30,499 nt of DNA from Candidatus Bathyarchaeota archaeon (lineage in GTDB: Archaea; Thermoproteota; Bathyarchaeia; TCS64): positions 1 to 30,499 of the forward strand of contig JBDRQD010000068.1 in assembly GCA_043826455.1 (NCBI GenBank). The letters run 5' to 3'. Every line of letters begins with the position of its first letter. Position 1 is the first letter of the stretch. Under the pieces are notes generated by a model that was not told where the DNA came from, made no database searches, and was given only the letters and a program-made list of their open reading frames with translations. The translations under genes and the position numbers were made by a program. Positions 1-7,848 of the stretch are shown piece after piece.

Positions 1-806
1 TGTCTTATCATCAAGATGTCATCCCCCTCATAAGCGAGAAGACCGAGAGAGCCCTAAGGGACGTGGGGCTCACGGAGTACGAGACCCTTGCCTACCTCTC
101 GCTTCTCGTCGCCGGCGAGATGACCGCCGAGAGCGTGAGCGAGTCCTCCAACATCCCCTACACCAAGGTGTACAGCGTGCTGGACTCTCTTCACAGCCGC
201 GGCTGGGTCGAGGTGGAGAGCGGCAGACCTAGGAGGTATTACCCTCGTCCGCCCGTCGACGCTTTGAGGCAGGAGAAGAACCGCCTGGAGGCCGAGTTCG
301 AGGCAAACAGGAAGGTGATCCTGGAGGAGCTTCAGCCCCTCTTCGAGAAGAAGGACATCAAGGAGATCCCTGAGATATGGATCATCCGGGGGGAAGATAG
401 CAGTTTCAGCAAGATCATTGAGCTTCTGGGTAAGGCCAAGAAGGAGATTATGCTGGCCATACCTTTCATCCCGGAGAGCCTCCTCAAGGGCTACCCGAGC
501 TTCAGGAACCTGCTGAAGACCTCTATCAGGAGGTACATGGACAGCGACATAGTGATCAAGGTTCTGACGACCAGGGACACGCTGAGGTCCGTTGACTTCC
601 CCGAGATACGTGTGGCGGAGATCCGGGTGACCGACTCCATGTTCGGCGGCGGCCTGGTGGTGGATGGCAGAGAAACAATCATCTTCCTAGACCTGAAGCA
701 CCCGGATGGCCCGGACACGGCCATCTGGTCCGAGCACGAGACTTTGACCTCCTTGGCGGGAATATACTTCAAGCACATGTGGGACAACGCTGAGCCAGCT
801 AGTTGA
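1..806 (+). CDS. TrmB-family transcriptional regulator (5' end probably at or just before the window edge)
   Basis: N-terminal wHTH GLTEYE...YLSLL...IPYTKVYSVLDSLHSRGWVE...GRPRRY typical of TrmB, followed by a C-terminal effector domain. The frame is open from position 3 (SYHQDVIPLISEKTERALRDV), so the true start is likely upstream of the GTG at 63. Confidence 0.88.
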   Translation, partial: SYHQDVIPLISEKTERALRDVGLTEYETLAYLSLLVAGEMTAESVSESSNIPYTKVYSVLDSLHSRGWVEVESGRPRRYYPRPPVDALRQEKNRLEAEFEANRKVILEELQPLFEKKDIKEIPEIWIIRGEDSSFSKIIELLGKAKKEIMLAIPFIPESLLKGYPSFRNLLKTSIRRYMDSDIVIKVLTTRDTLRSVDFPEIRVAEIRVTDSMFGGGLVVDGRETIIFLDLKHPDGPDTAIWSEHETLTSLAGIYFKHMWDNAEPAS

Positions 807-830
807 GGCTTAAGGCCTCGCGAACCATCA

Positions 831-858
831 ATTTTGTCTCAGAATAATGAGACCAAAA
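831..858. repeat. Motif A copy 1: 11-6-11 palindromic site ATTTTGTCTCA-GAATAA-TGAGACCAAAA
   Basis: Inverted arms around a 6-bp spacer; the reverse complement aligns with copies at 4557, 5732 and 7031. Confidence 0.8.
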
Positions 859-933
859 CGACGTTTCAGCAGTCGCCGGCTTTTCTACACCCGAGAACTG
901 GGGAAAACGCGTACGAGATGTCTTTTCAAGATG

Positions 934-973
934 TTTTCTAACTCGTTTACCCTAGGGTAAATGAATTAGAAAA
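934..973. repeat. Motif B copy 1: perfect 16-bp palindrome TTTACCCTAGGGTAAA (946-961) within a 40-bp near-palindrome
   Basis: Arms TTTTCTAACTCGTTTACCCT / AGGGTAAATGAATTAGAAAA are complementary at 18 of 20 positions. Confidence 0.8.
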
Positions 974-1017
974 TGCAACTAAAACCTAGCGCTGATTCTG
1001 GAGGTCTATGTCATTTT

Positions 1018-2271
1018 CTAGATGAGCCCGCTCAAGACCTCAGACTCCTCCCCGGAGACGCCCAGGGCCGTTATGGAGAGCTTGTTGGTGTCGAATAACT
1101 GCTCCGAGACACGGCGCACGTCCTCGTCCGTCACGGCGTTCAGCTTAGCCACGGCCTCGTCCACTGTCCGGGGTCTACCCGACCTCAGCGTGGATACGCC
1201 GAGCTGGTGCATCCTCTGCCTGTTGTTCTCAGAGTTCAGTATTAAGAGGCCCACGGTCTTGTGTTTGACCTCCTCCAGCTTGGCAGGGTCTAGCCCCTGA
1301 TTCATGGCTTCCAGCTCTTTGAGCACGATCTCTGCGACTTCCCTCATGTTCGCTTTTCGTGTGCCCGCGAACACGCCAAAGGCGCCGACGTCCTCAAGAG
1401 CCTGGTTGTATGAGTATATGTTGTAGACGAGGCCCCGCCTCTCTCTAACCTCCTGGAACAGCTTTGAGCTGGCCCCCAGCCCCAGGTAGCTGCTGACTAT
1501 GGTCTGGGCCGCCATGTCCTCGTGCCCGTAGGGCGCGCCCTCTGTGGCTATGCAAAGCTGGACCTGCCCGGTGTCCTTGCTCACGAACATCCTGCCCGGG
1601 TTGTGGACTGGCTTAACGCGATTTCTCACTGGTTTACCTAGACCTTTTTCAGCGAATTTCTCTAGGTTCTGGACCAGTTTTTCGTGGTCTACCAGGCCTG
1701 TGGCCACGACTGTGAGCTCTCTTCTGTAGTGTTGCGCGTAGTATTCTCGGATGAGGTCTGTGCTCATCTCTTGGATGGTTTCCACTGTCCCTGCTATCGG
1801 GTGGGCTAGCCGGCTTCCTCTCCAAATGTTCTCAAGACACAGCTCGTGAATGAGACTGGAAGGATCGTCCTCCAGCTGCTTGATCTCCTCGAGGATCACC
1901 TGCCGCTCGTTCTCTATGTCCTGGTCTCTGAGGGCCGAGTTATGGTACATGTCCTGAAGCACCTCGGCCGCAAGGGCTAGGTCGTCGGCCATGACGCGGG
2001 CGTGGTACGCAGTCATGTCGCGGTCAGTGAAGGCGTTAAGGCTGCCACCGCGGTTCTCTATGGTCGACGAGATCTCCTGGGCCGTCCTTGTCTCTGTGCC
2101 TTTGAACAGGAGGTGCTCGAGGAAGTGACTGCAGCCCCATACGGCTTCCCCCTCGTCCCTGGATCCCACGTTCGCCCATAGGCCCAATGAGACGGACTTG
2201 GATGAGGGACTGTGTTCCGTTATCACTCTGACGCCGTTATGCAACAGCTCGTCTCTAAGCTCAATGGACAT
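1018..2271 (-). CDS. M16 (pitrilysin/MPP-like, M16B) zinc peptidase
   Basis: Inverted zincin motif HFLEH, VGSRDE, NAFT, ERQVILEE and C-terminal LFQEVRERRGLVY (R/Y pair). Confidence 0.93.
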   Translation of the reverse strand: MSIELRDELLHNGVRVITEHSPSSKSVSLGLWANVGSRDEGEAVWGCSHFLEHLLFKGTETRTAQEISSTIENRGGSLNAFTDRDMTAYHARVMADDLALAAEVLQDMYHNSALRDQDIENERQVILEEIKQLEDDPSSLIHELCLENIWRGSRLAHPIAGTVETIQEMSTDLIREYYAQHYRRELTVVATGLVDHEKLVQNLEKFAEKGLGKPVRNRVKPVHNPGRMFVSKDTGQVQLCIATEGAPYGHEDMAAQTIVSSYLGLGASSKLFQEVRERRGLVYNIYSYNQALEDVGAFGVFAGTRKANMREVAEIVLKELEAMNQGLDPAKLEEVKHKTVGLLILNSENNRQRMHQLGVSTLRSGRPRTVDEAVAKLNAVTDEDVRRVSEQLFDTNKLSITALGVSGEESEVLSGLI

Positions 2272-2509
2272 AGGCTACGCACCCCCCTTTATCGTCGTGG
2301 TAAATAAAATGATGCGTCTTCAAGCCTTTAGATGTGCTTAAATTGCCTTAAAATGGCTTGGATAGGTTTTGTGTCCAAGCGTTTTTCATCCTTTTATATC
2401 TACAAAGCACCCTCGAGTGAAAAGGTTAAAAAATGGCCCATTGGAGCGCATAGTTTTAACAATATCGTGTCAATTTTAGATCTCGTTGTTTTAGGCTTTA
2501 TAGATAAAG

Positions 2510-2527
2510 TACCTTCAAGATTATGGA
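2510..2527. repeat. Motif C copy 1: TACCTTCAAGATTATGGA
   Basis: Exact 18-bp match to 8806-8823. Confidence 0.75.
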
Positions 2528-2577
2528 CGTAAAATGTGTACATTTTTCTAGGTCGTGATAATGAGGACGCAGGCCCC

Positions 2578-3321
2578 TCAGGCCAAGGCCTCAGCCCTTT
2601 TCTTACCCTCCGGGCTCAGCGATATGTTGTATATTTCCGTCTCCCTTAATCCCAGAGAGGCGAGCATTCGGTCCATCAGGTTCTGCGTCTTTCTGTCTAA
2701 AAGGTATAGGTTTTTTATTGAAATATCTTTATCAGCTTTGATCCATTCTAGGATCTTTTCGTGGCGTATGCCCGTCTCAGTACTCAAGGATGGTGTGTCT
2801 GTGGGCTCTTCTTGGTCTCGCAGAGCGCTCAAGACCTTCATTGATAGGTATAGTTTCTCCAAGTCGCGGATATGGCCTGTTGTTATGGTTTCTAGGGTCG
2901 GCAGCTCGGTTCTTACGATGGTTTTCACGTTGTTTAGGGTAGGGGTTTTTTGTGTGAAAATGCTTAGTCTATGGGCTGTTTCTCGGCCTTTCTCTGTAAG
3001 GCTCCATAGGTCGTAGGTGTATCTTCCGTTGTAGTGTATTGTGGTGGGTTTCCCTCTTTCGGGTTCTTTCTGGACTAGTCCTGTGGCTTGTAGTGAGCTT
3101 AGCCAGTTGTTTAGCTCTTTTTTTGATAGTTTTACCCCATGTTTTCTGAGCTCGTTTTGCATGTCTAGCGTTGTAAGGTTTGGCTCCTTGGACTCTTTCA
3201 GTGTCAGGTATATGATTCTGGCGCTGTCGCTCATGAGGGGTCTCAGTGTTTTTTCGAAGGCTTCAGCCAGCTCGTCTTTAGTGTACCCGGCTTCAGAACC
3301 CGGTTCAGCTTGATCTACCAC
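2578..3321 (-). CDS. Hypothetical protein with two probable winged-helix DNA-binding domains
   Basis: 247-aa ORF. Segment ARIIYLTLKE...LSKKELNNWLSSLQATGLV...WSLTEKG has wHTH helix/wing pattern, and a second segment KVLSALRD...TPSLSTETGI...ISLSPEGK ends the same way. Confidence 0.65.
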   Translation of the reverse strand: MVDQAEPGSEAGYTKDELAEAFEKTLRPLMSDSARIIYLTLKESKEPNLTTLDMQNELRKHGVKLSKKELNNWLSSLQATGLVQKEPERGKPTTIHYNGRYTYDLWSLTEKGRETAHRLSIFTQKTPTLNNVKTIVRTELPTLETITTGHIRDLEKLYLSMKVLSALRDQEEPTDTPSLSTETGIRHEKILEWIKADKDISIKNLYLLDRKTQNLMDRMLASLGLRETEIYNISLSPEGKKRAEALA

Positions 3322-3328
3322 AATTTAA

Positions 3329-3353
3329 ATATTCAGGATTTTTCTGAATATAA
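3329..3353 (-). promoter_or_regulatory. Palindromic operator ATATTCAG-N7-CTGAATAT (3329-3351) overlapping the TATA box (TTATAT, 3348-3353, minus strand) of the wHTH gene
   Basis: Perfect 8-bp inverted repeat. The TATA-like box lies 27 bp upstream of the GTG at 3321, consistent with a leaderless transcript. Confidence 0.55.
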
Positions 3354-3438
3354 GTTTTATGTTTACACCCCGTAAAAAATCGGAATTATCGAGGAAAGGC
3401 ATTAAAATACACCCAATCAAAGTAACTATGATGAAACC

Positions 3439-4422
3439 TTGGCGAAACCCAAAGTCTACGTGACGAGAAAACTGTTCCCGGAGGCAATTAAAATATTGGA
3501 GAAAGTCGCCCTAGTCGAGGTGTTCGAGGGCGAAGAGGACCCCGTGCCAAGAGAGCTTCTCCTAGAGAAAGTAAAAGACGTGACGGGACTACTCCCCATG
3601 CTCACAGATCAGATAAACGCGGAGCTCATGGATAGAGCTAAAAAGCTTAAAGTCGTGAGCAACTACGCCGTCGGGTACAACAACATCGACGTGGACGCCG
3701 CTACGCAGCGCGGTATAATGGTCACCAACACACCCGACGTGCTCACTGACACAACAGCGGACTGTGCCTTCATGCTTCTCATGGCCATATCCCGGAGGAT
3801 CGTCGAGGTGGACAAGTATGTCCGAGAAGGTAAATGGGTCAAGGCCTGGGGCCCCAAGATGCTTCTGGGCAGCGACATCAACGGAAAGACACTCGGAATA
3901 ATCGGCCTCGGCCGCATAGGCTCTGCCCTAGTTCCCCGCGCCAAGGGCTTCAAGATGAAAGTGATCTACAACGACATGTATCGAAGCCCCGAGAAGGAGA
4001 AGACGCTTGGAGTGGAGTACAGGGAGCTGGATGATCTCCTCAGAGAGGCGGACTACGTCAGCGTCCACGTGCCCCTCACAGACGAGACCAAGTACCTGAT
4101 AGGGGAGAGGGAGCTCAGCATCATGAAGCCCATGGCCTACTTGATAAACACGTCAAGAGGCCCCACAGTGGACGAGAGAGCCCTATACAAGGCGCTCAAA
4201 GACAGGGTGATCGCGGGAGCGGCCCTTGACGTCCACGAGAAGGAGCCCACGGACCCCGATAACCCCCTCCTGAGCCTGGACAACATAATTGTGGCGCCCC
4301 ACATCGGTAGCGCCACCATTGAGACCAGGATCGCCATGGCCCTGAGGGCAGCTAACAACATGGCCGCGGCTCTCAGAGGTGAAAAACCCCGTGACCTGTT
4401 GAATCCACAGGTCCTCTCATGA
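3439..4422 (+). CDS. gyaR: Glyoxylate reductase / D-glycerate dehydrogenase (D-isomer-specific 2-hydroxyacid dehydrogenase)
   Basis: YAVGYNNID, TNTPDVLT, GIIGLGRIG (Rossmann), LINTSRG, LDVHEKEP, APHIGSAT. Confidence 0.9.
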   Translation: MAKPKVYVTRKLFPEAIKILEKVALVEVFEGEEDPVPRELLLEKVKDVTGLLPMLTDQINAELMDRAKKLKVVSNYAVGYNNIDVDAATQRGIMVTNTPDVLTDTTADCAFMLLMAISRRIVEVDKYVREGKWVKAWGPKMLLGSDINGKTLGIIGLGRIGSALVPRAKGFKMKVIYNDMYRSPEKEKTLGVEYRELDDLLREADYVSVHVPLTDETKYLIGERELSIMKPMAYLINTSRGPTVDERALYKALKDRVIAGAALDVHEKEPTDPDNPLLSLDNIIVAPHIGSATIETRIAMALRAANNMAAALRGEKPRDLLNPQVLS

Positions 4423-4445
4423 TTTTTCATTAAAAATATCATTCA

Positions 4446-4466
4446 ATACCCCTAGGGTAAATGAGT
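4446..4466. repeat. Motif B copy 2: ATACCCCTAGGGTAAATGAGT
   Basis: Right arm AGGGTAAATGA is identical to copy 1; left arm is degenerate. Confidence 0.7.
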
Positions 4467-4556
4467 TTAAAATGTTCGTGAAATTGTTACGAAAAACTGT
4501 ATTCAGCATCCGGTGAAAGATGATTTGCGTGAGCCCCAAAACCACCCCAACACGGG

Positions 4557-4584
4557 TTTTTGTCCCACAATTCTGAGACGAAAA
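4557..4584. repeat. Motif A copy 2: TTTTTGTCCCA-CAATTC-TGAGACGAAAA
   Basis: 11-6-11 inverted arms in the convergent gyaR/tdh gap. Confidence 0.8.
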
Positions 4585-4689
4585 AGCTGTTTTCACCTAT
4601 TTAAAATGAGATCAACAGTAAAAAAACGTATTCATGCGTCAGGATTTACTAAGAGAAAAGAATCCTACGCCACCCTGGAAACGATTAGA

Positions 4690-5649
4690 CTAAAGCAGCC
4701 CCTTCTTGTGCCTCTCACCAAGCACCTTAAGCATGTCCTCCACCATGGATGGAAGATCATACTCCGGCTTCCAGCCCCACTCCTCCCTGGCCGCGGAATC
4801 ATCCAAGCTCTTAGGCCAAGAGTCCGCGATGGCCTGCCTGTAGTCTGGCTCGTACGTGACCTTGAACCCTGGTATGTGCCGCTTCATCTCCCTGGCCAGC
4901 TCCCGGGGGTTGAAGCTCAGGGCCCCTATGTTGAAGTCGCAGTGGTGCCGAAGACTCTCCAAGGGCGCGTCCATGAGCTGAGTGAAAGCCTTGAGACAGT
5001 CAGGCATATACATCATGGGTAGAACCGTGTCATCCTTGAGGAAGCACCTGTACTCCTTCTTCTTAATAGCCTCGTAGAATATCTCCACGGCGTAGTCAGT
5101 GGTGCCGCCACCCGGCGGGGCCACGTTGCTGATTATCCCGGGGAGCCTGGCGCCGCGGACATCCACCCCATACTTCTCGAAATAGTAGTTACCCAGAAGC
5201 TCACCCACGACCTTGGTGATACCGTATATGGTCCTGGGCTTCTGAACCGTCTCCTGGGGAGTCAGCATCCTGGGGGTCTCGGGGCCGAAGGCGGCTATGG
5301 AGCTGGGGTGGAAGACCCTCAGCTTCATGTCTCTGGCCAGGTTGAGGACGTTACGGAAGCCCTCAACGTTGATGGCCCACGCCAGGTCCGGGTTCCTCTC
5401 CCCCGTGGCTGACAGTATGGCGGCCAGGTGGTACACGGCGTCTATCTCATGCTCCTTCACGACCCTCTCCAGCTGGTCCTTTTTCAGGACGTCCAGAACC
5501 TCGAAGGGGCCACTGTGGCCCTCATCCTTCTTGATGTCTGACGCGACCACGTTGTCCTTACCATATATCTCTCTGAGCCTCGGTGTAAGCTCGGAGCCGA
5601 TCTGGCCCAAAGCGCCTGTCACTAGGACACGGCCTATGTCTCCGCCCAT
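4690..5649 (-). CDS. tdh: L-threonine 3-dehydrogenase, SDR (GalE-like) type
   Basis: TGALGQIG nucleotide-binding motif, HLAAILSATGE, PSSIAAFG, YGITK catalytic YxxxK, PGGGTTDYA, RQAIADSWP; divergent from kbl. ATG at 5649 follows GAGGG; alternative TTG at 5661. Confidence 0.9.
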   Translation of the reverse strand: MGGDIGRVLVTGALGQIGSELTPRLREIYGKDNVVASDIKKDEGHSGPFEVLDVLKKDQLERVVKEHEIDAVYHLAAILSATGERNPDLAWAINVEGFRNVLNLARDMKLRVFHPSSIAAFGPETPRMLTPQETVQKPRTIYGITKVVGELLGNYYFEKYGVDVRGARLPGIISNVAPPGGGTTDYAVEIFYEAIKKKEYRCFLKDDTVLPMMYMPDCLKAFTQLMDAPLESLRHHCDFNIGALSFNPRELAREMKRHIPGFKVTYEPDYRQAIADSWPKSLDDSAAREEWGWKPEYDLPSMVEDMLKVLGERHKKGLL

Positions 5650-5731
5650 TGGAACCCTCAAATTAGCTTAACTTTTAGGGATATAATTCCTTCCTTCCAC
5701 CAAATATTCACGGTGGCCGCGGTCCCCCGGT

Positions 5732-5759
5732 TTTTTATCTCAACATTCTGAGACAAAGC
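5732..5759. repeat. Motif A copy 3: TTTTTATCTCA-ACATTC-TGAGACAAAGC
   Basis: 11-6-11 inverted arms between the divergent tdh and kbl promoters. Confidence 0.8.
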
Positions 5760-5822
5760 CCGGGTTTCACCGGGAAAACGTTAAAGGTTCAGCCACGATT
5801 CGATGGATTAGAAGGTTCAACG

Positions 5823-7016
5823 ATGAGAGACCCTACAGGATTCCTTAGAACAGAGTACGAGGACCTCGTGGAGAAGGCCCTGGACTGGAAGCTGAAGGAG
5901 CTTCAGGGGCCCAGCGAGCCCCTATCCATGGTGGATGGGAGAGAGGTGATCGTGCTGTGCGCCAACAACTACCTGGGGCTGACGACCCACCCCAAGCTCA
6001 AGAGGGCCGCCACGAAGGCCATCAAGATGTACGGCGTGGGCTCGGGCGCCGTGAGGGCCATCTCGGGCACCATGGACGTGCATATGGAGCTGGAGAGGCG
6101 GCTGGCCAGGTTCAAGGGCGCCGAGGCCAGCCTCACCTACCCTACAGGGTTTATGGCCAACTCCGGCCTGATACCGCAGCTCGTTGGGGAGGGCGACCTG
6201 ATAATCAGCGACGAGCTGAACCACGGCAGCATCATAGACGGCGTCAGGCTGTCCAGGGCGGAGAGGACGGTTTACAAGCACAACGACATGGACAGCCTCG
6301 CCCATGTGCTGGAGGAGGCGGAGAAGCACAGCCCCGCCTACCGGCGGATACTCATAATCACTGACGGCGTCTTCAGCATGGACGGCGATATGGCCCCCCT
6401 GGACCAGGTGGCCAAGCTGGGCAAGGAGCACGGCGCCATGGTCTACGCGGACGACGCCCACGGCGAGGGTGTTCTGGGCAAAGGGGGCAGGGGCATAGTG
6501 AGCCACTTCGGGTTAACCCATGAGGATGTCCACGTGGAGATGGGCACCTTCAGCAAAGCGTATGGCACTATCGGCGGGCACATATCGGGCTCCGATGCCC
6601 TGGTCAAGTTCGCGTGGAACAAGAGCCGCACATGGCTCCTCAGCAGCAGCCACCCGCCCGCCGTGGCCGCGGCCACCATAGCCGCCATCGATGTCCTGGA
6701 GAATGAGCCTAGGCATGTTAAGAACCTGTGGAAGAACACCGACTACTTCAAGAAGGCCGTGGAGGACCTGGGCTTCAACACAGGTAAGAGTCAGACCCCG
6801 ATTATACCCATCATCGTAGGGGACAGCCACAAGGCCAAGGCCCTTGCTGACAAGCTCTACGAGGCCGGCGTCTTCGTGGTCCCCATAGTGTTCCCCATGG
6901 TGGCCAGGGACCTGGCGCGGATCAGGACTCAGATGCACGCCAAGCTGACGAGGGAGCAGCTGGACACTGTCATAGAGAAGCTGGAGACCATCGGCAAGCA
7001 GCTGGACATAATTTAG
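5823..7016 (+). CDS. kbl: Glycine C-acetyltransferase (2-amino-3-ketobutyrate CoA ligase), PLP-dependent class II
   Basis: CANNYLGL, SDELNHGSIIDG, TDGVFSMDGD, DDAHGEG, GTFSKA (PLP lysine), ARIRTQM; context with tdh. Confidence 0.88.
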   Translation: MRDPTGFLRTEYEDLVEKALDWKLKELQGPSEPLSMVDGREVIVLCANNYLGLTTHPKLKRAATKAIKMYGVGSGAVRAISGTMDVHMELERRLARFKGAEASLTYPTGFMANSGLIPQLVGEGDLIISDELNHGSIIDGVRLSRAERTVYKHNDMDSLAHVLEEAEKHSPAYRRILIITDGVFSMDGDMAPLDQVAKLGKEHGAMVYADDAHGEGVLGKGGRGIVSHFGLTHEDVHVEMGTFSKAYGTIGGHISGSDALVKFAWNKSRTWLLSSSHPPAVAAATIAAIDVLENEPRHVKNLWKNTDYFKKAVEDLGFNTGKSQTPIIPIIVGDSHKAKALADKLYEAGVFVVPIVFPMVARDLARIRTQMHAKLTREQLDTVIEKLETIGKQLDII

Positions 7017-7030
7017 GGAAAAAATATCCT

Positions 7031-7058
7031 TTTTTGTTTCACTATTTTGAGACAACAC
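7031..7058. repeat. Motif A copy 4: TTTTTGTTTCA-CTATTT-TGAGACAACAC
   Basis: Occupies most of the 48-bp convergent kbl/nucS gap. Confidence 0.7.
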
Positions 7059-7064
7059 AGGCTT

Positions 7065-7844
7065 CTATTCGAAGAACGCCGTTAGGGGCTTGCTCTTCTT
7101 CTCCTTCAGCACTTCTGAGCAGGCCTGGGGTGAGAGAGGCTTGAACTCGTAGCCATACGTCTTCAGCAGCTTATCGGCCCCCTTGGCGAGCTCAGGGGCC
7201 ACCAGGATGGCTCTCACTGGCCGTCCCTCATCCAGGTCTATGACGTCCATGTACTTCTTCAGCTGGTTCACGGCGTCCTTGGTGGCCTTGACGCGTTTGA
7301 TCTCGACCACCGTCAGCTGGTTGTCCCTGTCGTAGCCGATGATGTCTATGAAGCCGGGGTCTACCTGCATCTCCTTGGACACGGGCCTGAACCCCTCCTC
7401 CAGAAGATCGGGCCTGTACAGTATAGCTTCTTGCATGTCCTTCTCCGAGGCGTATAGGCTGAACTCGGCCGCGTCGACTAGGCCCAGGACCGCCACCAGT
7501 GAGACCCGGGTGAAGGTCACCTCCATGGCCTCGTTCTCCTTCCTCCGGTACACTCTCACGGTCAGCCCCTCCTTGGTCAGCTTGGTCCTGAACAGTGAGC
7601 CGGCGGGCTGCCAGTTCACCGGGCTATAGTCCCTGGGCCTGTGCACCAGGGCCGAGCCGTCAGGCTTGAAGAGGACGACCCTGCCCCCTGAGCCCAGCTT
7701 GCTGCTGGCTCTGCCCTCGTACTCGACGCTGCACTCGCCGGCCAGTACCACGGTCCTGTGCCTCGATATCCCGGCCTTGACGGCCTTCTCGGCCTCTTTC
7801 AGGGGGGGGTTCTCGAGGACCATCTGCCTCTGGGGGGTCTCCAC
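7065..7844 (-). CDS. nucS: Mismatch-specific endonuclease NucS/EndoMS
   Basis: CSVEYEGRASS, KPDGSALVH, PVNWQP, RecB-like nuclease motif IDIIG...VVEIKR...QLKKY, ILVAP. Confidence 0.95.
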   Translation of the reverse strand: METPQRQMVLENPPLKEAEKAVKAGISRHRTVVLAGECSVEYEGRASSKLGSGGRVVLFKPDGSALVHRPRDYSPVNWQPAGSLFRTKLTKEGLTVRVYRRKENEAMEVTFTRVSLVAVLGLVDAAEFSLYASEKDMQEAILYRPDLLEEGFRPVSKEMQVDPGFIDIIGYDRDNQLTVVEIKRVKATKDAVNQLKKYMDVIDLDEGRPVRAILVAPELAKGADKLLKTYGYEFKPLSPQACSEVLKEKKSKPLTAFFE

Positions 7845-7848
7845 GGTC

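Noticed and set aside
4513..5022. 169-aa + strand ORF and the many other antisense ORFs over housekeeping genes
   Set aside because: Shadow frames of GC3-rich genes with no protein-family signal.
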